The notes under the pieces are model-generated. The model had not been told where the DNA came from. It saw only the letters and a list, made by a program, of their open reading frames with translations, and ran no database searches. The position numbers and the translations under genes are program-made. Below are positions 54,468 through 64,000 of a stretch of DNA of 64,000 bases, piece by piece. Numbering within the stretch: position 1 is the stretch's first letter; each line of letters begins with the position of its first letter. This DNA is from Clostridia bacterium. GTDB taxonomy: Bacteria > Bacillota > Clostridia > Oscillospirales > CAG-272. The stretch spans positions 27,331-91,330 of the forward strand of contig JAGAPH010000127.1 in NCBI GenBank assembly GCA_017623375.1, given 5' to 3'.

Positions 54468-55658
54468 TTACTTCCTTTCAAGCAGCTCGCATAGACGGCG
54501 TGCTGCTTCTTTTGTATCCTCGGGACTGCCAAAGGTTGAAAAGCGGAAATATCCCTCACCGCACGCACCGAAGCCTTCTCCGGGCGTACCAACGACCTGT
54601 ATCTCGTTCAAAAGATAATCAAAGAACTCCCAGCTACCCATACCGCAGGGACACTTCAGCCAAATGTACGGTGCATTCTTGCCACCCGTGTACCAGATGC
54701 CCAGCTTATCAAGCGCTTCCATCAAGACCTTGGCATTATTCTTGTAGATTTGAATGTTCGCCTTGATCTGCGCCTGACCTTCGGGCGTAAATACTGCTGC
54801 TCCGCCTTTTTGAATAACATAAGAAACGCCGTTGGTTTTTGTAGTACGGTTACGTACCCACATTGCGTTAAAGTTCATGCCGCAACGATTCAATGCTTTC
54901 GGAATCACAGTATAGCCGAGACGAGTCCCCGTAAAGCCTGCGGTTTTGGAAAGCGAACAGATCTCAATGGCGCAAGTCTGTGCACCGTCAAGCTCGAAGA
55001 CACTGTGCGGAAGCGTTTCATCCTCGATAAATGCCTCGTATGCGGCATCAAAAAGAATGATCGAACCGTTTTCGTTTGCGAAGTCCACCCAAGCCTGAAG
55101 CTGATTTCTGCTGAATACAGCGCCGGTTGGATTGTTGGGTGAACAGATATAGAGAATATCCGCCTTAAAATCCTCGCTCGGTTTGGGTAAAAAGCCATTT
55201 TCTTTACCCGAAGCAAGATGAACGATCTCTCTGCCCGCAATGACGTTGGCATCTACATAGGCGGGATATGCGGGCTCAATGACGAGTGCCGAGCTGCTTC
55301 TGTCAAACAGATCGAGAATATCCCCCAGCTCATCACTGGCTCCGCTTGATACGAATACCTCATCGGCATCCAACATCACACCACGCTCAGCGTAATGCTT
55401 GGCAATGGTCTCACGCAAGAACTGCGCTCCGCATTCGGGCATATAGCCGTGAAAGGTCTCTTTGCTCGCTTGGTCTTCTACACCCTCGTGAAGTGCCTGA
55501 ATAACTGCATCACAAAGAGGCAGAGAAACGTCACCAATGCCCATACGGTAAATATGCTGATTGGGATGCTCTTGCTGATATTTTTTCACCTTCTGCGCAA
55601 TTCCCGCAAACAGATAGGATTCCTTTAAGTCTGCATAGTGCATATTTGGTGTTATCAT
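54468..55658 (-). CDS. dapL: LL-diaminopimelate aminotransferase
   Basis: It is a class-I aminotransferase with the DapL-type N-terminus (...LKESYLFAGIAQKVKKY...IYRMGIGDVSLPL) and SLSKTAGFTG (PLP lysine). It is adjacent to dapF. Confidence 0.8.
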   Translation of the reverse strand: MITPNMHYADLKESYLFAGIAQKVKKYQQEHPNQHIYRMGIGDVSLPLCDAVIQALHEGVEDQASKETFHGYMPECGAQFLRETIAKHYAERGVMLDADEVFVSSGASDELGDILDLFDRSSSALVIEPAYPAYVDANVIAGREIVHLASGKENGFLPKPSEDFKADILYICSPNNPTGAVFSRNQLQAWVDFANENGSIILFDAAYEAFIEDETLPHSVFELDGAQTCAIEICSLSKTAGFTGTRLGYTVIPKALNRCGMNFNAMWVRNRTTKTNGVSYVIQKGGAAVFTPEGQAQIKANIQIYKNNAKVLMEALDKLGIWYTGGKNAPYIWLKCPCGMGSWEFFDYLLNEIQVVGTPGEGFGACGEGYFRFSTFGSPEDTKEAARRLCELLERK

Positions 55659-56446
55659 TCTATTGTGTCTCCCTCATAGATAAATTCTGCCGGACCTGTC
55701 ATTGTAATCGCATTGTCGTTTGCAACGATGATTTTCAATGTGCCGCCGTCAAGATGAACCGAGATTGGCTCACAAGATTCACAATACTTCTTCTTGACCG
55801 CCGCCGTTGCGGAAGCACAAGCGCCCGTGCCGCAAGCCATTGTCACACCGCTTCCCCTCTCCCATACTTTCATACGAAGCTCGCTATTCCCAAGCACCTG
55901 AACAAATTCTACGTTCACTCCGTCAGGAAACGCTTTGTGATGTTCGATCTCAGGACCAAGCGAAGTAAGCGGTGCTTTTTCGATATCATCAACAAAGATA
56001 ACCGCATGGGGATTACCGACAGATACGGGAGTCAAAACGACCGTTTCACCATCAACATTTAACGTCATATCTTCGGAGGGAACAGCTTGTCCCATATCTA
56101 CGGTCACGCTTTTGACCTTACCGAAGCTGACGCCCAGCTCCAAGGTCTTGATGCCCGAAAGAGTCTCAACAGTCAGACTCTTTTTATCGGTATAGCCCTT
56201 ATCATAAACGTATTTACCAACACAACGAATACCGTTCCCGCACATCTTAGCTTCACTTCCGTCCGCATTGAAAATACGCATTTTGAAGTCCGCAATGGCT
56301 GAGGGCGATATGTAAATCATTCCGTCCGAGCCGGCACCGAAGTGCCGTTCGGAAAGCTTTGTTGATAATTCTTCAATATTGCTCGGAACCTCTCCGTACA
56401 CATACAGATAATCGTTTCCAAGTCCGTGCATTTTCGTAAAATGCAT
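55655..56446 (-). CDS. dapF: diaminopimelate epimerase
   Basis: It begins MHFTKMHGLGNDY. Both catalytic Cys motifs are present (MCGNGIRC and ACGTGACA). Confidence 0.92.
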   Translation of the reverse strand: MHFTKMHGLGNDYLYVYGEVPSNIEELSTKLSERHFGAGSDGMIYISPSAIADFKMRIFNADGSEAKMCGNGIRCVGKYVYDKGYTDKKSLTVETLSGIKTLELGVSFGKVKSVTVDMGQAVPSEDMTLNVDGETVVLTPVSVGNPHAVIFVDDIEKAPLTSLGPEIEHHKAFPDGVNVEFVQVLGNSELRMKVWERGSGVTMACGTGACASATAAVKKKYCESCEPISVHLDGGTLKIIVANDNAITMTGPAEFIYEGDTIE

Positions 56447-56461
56447 AAAATCACATCCTTC

Positions 56462-59400
56462 TTATTTTGCGTTAATGGTGGAGATTCCCATCGTGACCTC
56501 CTCAAGAACGTCAAGGAGCATCCTGACGGTATCAAGAGAGGTAAGCATGGTGATGTTGTTCTGCGCCGCACAGCGACGAATGGCAACACCGTCTCCGAAA
56601 TGCTTGCCGGACAGAATTGCGCGGGTATTGATGACATAGCTTACGTATCCCTGTCTGATGGAATCAAGCACCTCCTCGCTGTCCTCGCTCGGCTTGAGGC
56701 GGATCCTTGTACGGATACCGTGATCCTTTAGGTACTGTCCGGTAAGCGTGGTGGCTTCAATATTAAAGCCCATATTATAAAATCTTTTAACAAGTGGAAG
56801 TGTCTCCGCCTTGTCCTCGTCTGCCACGCTGACAACCACCGTGCCGTAATTGCGGAGCGTCAGTCCCGAGGCGATCATTGCCTTATACATTGCGCGGTGC
56901 AGCTTTTCGTCATAACCGATTGCCTCACCAGTGGATTTCATTTCGGGTGAAAGGTAAGCATCCATGCCACGCAGCTTGGAAAAGGAGAAGGCCGGAGCCT
57001 TAACGTAGTAACGGCTCTTTTCCTTTGGGTAAATATCGAAGATTCCCTGCTCCGAAAGCGAAACGCCGAGATTGACGAGTGTTGCAATATCCGCAAGGCT
57101 GTATCCGGTAGCTTTGGAAAGAAACGGAACCGTTCGTGAGGAGCGTGGATTGACCTCAATAATATATACGTCGTCGTGCTCGTCCACGATAAACTGAATA
57201 TTAAAGAGACCTATAATACCGATACCGAGTCCAAGCTTTTCGGTATATTCGAGAATTGTTTTCTTGACCTTATCGGAGATTGAGAAAGAAGGATACACGC
57301 TGATCGAGTCGCCCGAGTGAATACCCGTTCTCTCAACCAATTCCATAATTCCAGGAACAAATACACGCTTGCCGTCGCAGATGGCATCCACCTCGACTTC
57401 CTTACCACGAATGTATTTATCTACAAGCACGGGCTTATCTTCATCGATCTCAACAGCGGTTTTGAGATAGCCTATGAGTGCTTCTTCCTTCGCTACGATC
57501 TGCATTGCTCTACCACCAAGCACGAAGCTGGGGCGAACAAGCACTGGATATCCGATCTCCTCTGCTGCCTTAACTCCTGCCTCGATGCTGGTAACGGCTC
57601 TACCCTTTGGCTGAGGAATATGCAGCTCGGCGAGAAGCTTTTCAAAAGCATCTCGGTTTTCTGCCTTTTCGATGGCATTGCAATCGGTACCGATGATCTT
57701 CACGCCACGCTCTGCAAGAGACTCTGCCAAATTGATTGCGGTCTGACCGCCGAGAGTCGCTATGACACCCTCAGGATTTTCAAGCTCGATCACGTTCATA
57801 ACGTCCTCTACACACAGAGGTTCAAAATAAAGCTTATCGGAACAGGTGTAGTCGGTGGAAACGGTTTCGGGGTTGTTGTTAATGATGATCGCCTCATAGC
57901 CTGCCGCCTTGATGGTCTGTACTGCGTGAACGGTAGAATAATCGAATTCTACGCCTTGACCAATGCGGATCGGGCCCGAGCCGAGCACGATCACCTTCCT
58001 TTTATCCGATACAACAGACTCATTCTCTTCCTCATAAGTGGAATAGAAATACGGAATGTAGCTGTCAAACTCGGAAGCGCAGGTATCAATCATTTTATAT
58101 ACCGGGATAATCCCTGCCCTGCGGCGAAGCGTATAAATCTCAACCTCGCTTGTCTCCCAAAGCAGTGCGATCTCTCTGTCGGAGAAGCCCATCTTCTTTG
58201 CCCCTCGGAGTACGTCCATGTCATTCTTGTTTGCTTTGATTTTTCTCTCCTCATCAACAATGTTCTTGAATTTGCTAATAAAGAGCATATCTATCGCAGT
58301 TGCCGCCGCAATTCTGCCCGCGTCACATCCACGGCGCAAAAGCTCTGCAATCGCATAGATACGGTCGTCGGTTCCAATCTTGATATAGTCAAGCAGCTCT
58401 ATCTCACTCGTTTTATCAAACTTACGGTGATGCAGGTGGCAAAGCCCTATCTCAAGAGAGCGTATAGCTTTTAACAAGCTTTCTTCTATGGTCCTACCAA
58501 TGCTCATGACCTCACCCGTCGCCTTCATCTGCGTGGAGAGCGAGTTGTTTGCATCGGCGAATTTGTCGAACGGGAAACGCGGCATCTTTGTGACCACGTA
58601 ATCAAGCGTGGGCTCAAAGGATGCGGGAGTATTGGCAATTCTGATCTCATCAAGCGTCATACCCACACCGATCTTTGCAGAAACACGGGCGATCGGATAT
58701 CCGCTTGCCTTGGATGCAAGTGCCGAGGAACGTGACACACGGGGATTGACTTCGATAAGATAATATTGGAAGGAATATGGGTCAAGTGCAAACTGTACGT
58801 TACATCCCCCCTCAATTTTGAGTGCGCGTATGATTTTGAGCGCACTGTCTCGAAGCATATGATACTCCTTGTTGGTAAGCGTTTGCGAGGGACAGACCAC
58901 GATGGAGTCACCCGTATGAATACCTACGGGATCAATATTTTCCATATTGCATATGGTAATAGCGGTATCGTTCTTATCACGCATAACCTCATATTCTATT
59001 TCTTTATATCCCTTAACGCTCTTTTCTATAAGCACCTGATGCACAGGCGAGAGTGAAAGAGCATTTTTCATCAGCGAAAGAAATTCTGCTTCATTGTCAG
59101 CAAAGCCGCCACCCGTTCCGCCGAGAGTAAAAGCGGGACGAAGTACAACGGGATAACCGATCTTCTCTGCAACGTCCAAGCCTTCTTCGACAGAGTTGGC
59201 TATATCCGAAGGAAGAACAGGCTCATCAAGGCTTTGACAAAGCTCCTTAAAAAGTTCTCTGTCCTCTGCTCTCTCGATCGATTCACTGCTCGTTCCGAGA
59301 AGCTCCACGCGGCATTCCTTAAGGATCCCCTTCTTTTCAAGCTGCATAGCAAGGTTCAGTCCCGTTTGACCGCCAATACCGGGCAGGATCGCATCAGGAC

Positions 59401-59644
59401 GCTCATAACGAATGATCTTTGCGATATATTCCAGCGTCAGCGGCTCCATATAGACTTTGTCTGCTATAGATGTGTCCGTCATTATCGTTGCGGGGTTGGA
59501 GTTACAAAGAACGACCTCGTAGCCCTCCTCCTTGAGAGCAAGACACGCCTGCGTTCCCGCGTAGTCGAACTCTGCCGCCTGACCGATGACGATAGGACCT
59601 GAGCCGATCACAAGGACTTTTTTAATATCGGTTCTCTTAGGCAT
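56462..59644 (-). CDS. carB: carbamoyl-phosphate synthase large subunit
   Basis: Start moved to ATG 59644 ([30 protein letters not shown]). It has duplicated ATP-grasp halves and a C-terminal MGS-like domain. It overlaps the carA stop (ATGCCTAA). Confidence 0.95.
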   Translation of the reverse strand: MPKRTDIKKVLVIGSGPIVIGQAAEFDYAGTQACLALKEEGYEVVLCNSNPATIMTDTSIADKVYMEPLTLEYIAKIIRYERPDAILPGIGGQTGLNLAMQLEKKGILKECRVELLGTSSESIERAEDRELFKELCQSLDEPVLPSDIANSVEEGLDVAEKIGYPVVLRPAFTLGGTGGGFADNEAEFLSLMKNALSLSPVHQVLIEKSVKGYKEIEYEVMRDKNDTAITICNMENIDPVGIHTGDSIVVCPSQTLTNKEYHMLRDSALKIIRALKIEGGCNVQFALDPYSFQYYLIEVNPRVSRSSALASKASGYPIARVSAKIGVGMTLDEIRIANTPASFEPTLDYVVTKMPRFPFDKFADANNSLSTQMKATGEVMSIGRTIEESLLKAIRSLEIGLCHLHHRKFDKTSEIELLDYIKIGTDDRIYAIAELLRRGCDAGRIAAATAIDMLFISKFKNIVDEERKIKANKNDMDVLRGAKKMGFSDREIALLWETSEVEIYTLRRRAGIIPVYKMIDTCASEFDSYIPYFYSTYEEENESVVSDKRKVIVLGSGPIRIGQGVEFDYSTVHAVQTIKAAGYEAIIINNNPETVSTDYTCSDKLYFEPLCVEDVMNVIELENPEGVIATLGGQTAINLAESLAERGVKIIGTDCNAIEKAENRDAFEKLLAELHIPQPKGRAVTSIEAGVKAAEEIGYPVLVRPSFVLGGRAMQIVAKEEALIGYLKTAVEIDEDKPVLVDKYIRGKEVEVDAICDGKRVFVPGIMELVERTGIHSGDSISVYPSFSISDKVKKTILEYTEKLGLGIGIIGLFNIQFIVDEHDDVYIIEVNPRSSRTVPFLSKATGYSLADIATLVNLGVSLSEQGIFDIYPKEKSRYYVKAPAFSFSKLRGMDAYLSPEMKSTGEAIGYDEKLHRAMYKAMIASGLTLRNYGTVVVSVADEDKAETLPLVKRFYNMGFNIEATTLTGQYLKDHGIRTRIRLKPSEDSEEVLDSIRQGYVSYVINTRAILSGKHFGDGVAIRRCAAQNNITMLTSLDTVRMLLDVLEEVTMGISTINAK

Positions 59645-60730
59645 TGTTCTTCTCCTCCAACATGATTTCAATAAATTTATCAAACAGATATGCACTGTCC
59701 TGCGGTCCGGGTGCGCTTTCCGGATGATATTGAACGCTGAACACGTGATCCTCACGGCACTCTACGCCCTCAATGGTGTTATCAAGAATATTGATATGCG
59801 TGGGAACAAGCCTTGTTCTTTTAAGGCTTTCCGCATCAACTGCGTATGAATGGTTTTGAGAGGTTATCTCAATTTTGTTCGTTTGCAGGTTTCTGACGGG
59901 ATGATTACCGCCTCGATGTCCGAATTTCAGCTTATATGTCTTTGCACCGTAGGCAAGTGAGATGATCTGATGCCCAAGACAGATCCCGAAAATAGGATAC
60001 TTGCCGCAAAGCGTTCCGATGGTTTCAATCACGGGTTGTACGTCTGTTGGATCGCCGGGACCGTTTGAGATAAAAATTCCATCGGGGGACAGATGCTCGA
60101 TCTCCTCTGCCGTGGTATCCCACGGTACGATAGTTACCGTACATCCGCGCTTATTCAGCGAACGAACGATATTTTGCTTCATACCGCAGTCAATGGCAAC
60201 AACGTGGAATTTTTCCTTTGGCACACGGGAGTACCATATGCTCTTACAGCTGACCTTGGAGACCGCATCTGTGGGAATATCCGTTTTTTTGAGTATCTCA
60301 AGTCCATCTTGGAGCGCGGTATCCGCATTCGTGATGAGTGCTTTTCTCGACCCGAAATCACGAATGGATCGTGTCAGCTTTCTCGTATCAACTCCCCATA
60401 CACCCGGAATACCGAACTTCTTCATAATTTCATCCAATGTACAGGTGCTTCTGAAATTGGACGGTTCATTATTATATTCACGAACGACGAGTGCGCCGAT
60501 TGTCGGCGTGTTCGTTTCGTAATCATCATCGCAAATACCGTAGTTACCGATGAGGGGATAGGTCATAACCACGGCTTGATAGGTATAGGACGGATCGGAC
60601 ACGATCTCCTGATAACCGACCATTGAGGTATTGAATACGATCTCGCATACCTTGTCCGAGGTATCTCCAAATCCGTATCCGTAATACTCCGCTCCATCCT
60701 CTAAGATTATTTTTCTGTTATACTTTTCCA

Positions 60731-60734
<4 letters not shown>
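59637..60734 (-). CDS. carA: carbamoyl-phosphate synthase small (glutaminase) subunit
   Basis: It has the CarA N-domain and a class-I GATase with GICLGHQ and a His-Glu pair (YHPE). Its ATG overlaps the purF stop (ATGA). Confidence 0.93.
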
Positions 60735-63783
<3,049 letters not shown>

Positions 63784-63821
63784 TCACCTCTTCACTTTTC
63801 ACTCTTACCTTTTACTTTATC

Positions 63822-64000
63822 TTACTCCCACTCCACCGTTGCAGGTGGCTTTGAGGTGATGTCATACACCACTCTCGTTATCATGCCGATCTCACCTGTG
63901 ATTCTGTTTGACGCTCTCTCCAAAACCTCATACGGAAGTCTTGTCCATTCCGCCGTCATAAAATCGTCGGTTGTTACGGCTCTGAGTGCGACCGTGTACC
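63822..64000 (-). CDS. guaA: GMP synthase (glutamine-hydrolysing), C-terminal end only
   Basis: Hand translation of the reverse strand gives ...[55 protein letters not shown], the canonical GuaA C-terminus. The 5' part lies beyond the window end. Confidence 0.85.
   Translation of the reverse strand, partial: YTVALRAVTTDDFMTAEWTRLPYEVLERASNRITGEIGMITRVVYDITSKPPATVEWE

Noticed and set aside
57317-58474. A 385-aa plus-strand ORF, and other long ORFs antisense to carB, pyrG (62092..62922), pncB (39866..40741), nadE (42312..43058), the EF-G paralog (25729..26403), purF (60734..61417) and the beta-helix gene (3159..3869).
   Set aside because: Each lies entirely inside, and antisense to, a gene with unmistakable family motifs. 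They lack RBSs and have low-complexity or odd composition. They are shadow ORFs.

Overview
This 64-kb window reads as ordinary chromosome from a Clostridia-type Firmicute. Supporting signs are AddAB rather than RecBCD, a DapL/DapF lysine pathway, a BspA-type LRR lipoprotein, a LysM/CAP protein, GGAGG-type RBSs and TTGACA-17-TATAAT promoters. I count about 50 protein genes, one tRNA-Lys(CTT) and one TPP riboswitch. I found no rRNA, CRISPR array, transposase, integrase, phage genes or recognisable defence-system enzymes.

Layout:
- 1-9.6 kb (minus strand): an exported-protein and glycan locus. It holds a PHP protein, a cupin, a GH-like enzyme, an unannotated 45-codon ORF, two beta-helix surface-protein paralogs (one with a broken frame), an orphan solute-binding lipoprotein and tandem EEP-family paralogs. 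A divergent AraC regulator sits at 9.8 kb.
- 10.7-16.2 kb: a tightly packed htrA / response regulator / histidine kinase / RlmA-like methyltransferase / GT2 cluster.
- 16.4-25.1 kb: a membrane protein, addB, addA and a DUF11-repeat protein.
- 25.2-27.2 kb: an EF-G paralog.
- 27.5-34.5 kb: a transporter-less, signal-peptide-less sugar operon (TIM-barrel protein, SIS protein, a Rossmann-less protein, an atypical Gfo/Idh/MocA protein, a GH89-like protein) with a divergent AraC.
- 34.6-36.4 kb: a zinc-ribbon protein, a sigma-70 family factor and a DUF4364-like protein.
- 36.5-43.3 kb: hom, an LRR lipoprotein, pncB and glutamine-dependent nadE.
- 43.4-47.8 kb: an ArsR / P1B-ATPase metal module, next to a polytopic membrane protein plus an HTH regulator.
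- 47.9-53.4 kb: TPP riboswitch-thiT, LysM/CAP, glgB, a DAG-kinase-like lipid kinase and tRNA-Lys.
- 53.7-64 kb: one long minus-strand run, guaA-pyrG-purF-carA-carB-dapF-dapL-nadE.

I did not find a complete, convincing novel system. The best leads are:
1. the hidden 45-aa ORF with a lasso/RRE-type leader signature but no maturation genes in the window;
2. the duplicated 3' end and trailer of tRNA-Lys;
3. the cytoplasmic GH89-like operon with non-canonical oxidoreductase partners;
4. the beta-helix paralog with a Cys-containing C-terminal sorting-signal-like tail.

All family calls come from motif recognition by eye, with no database search.
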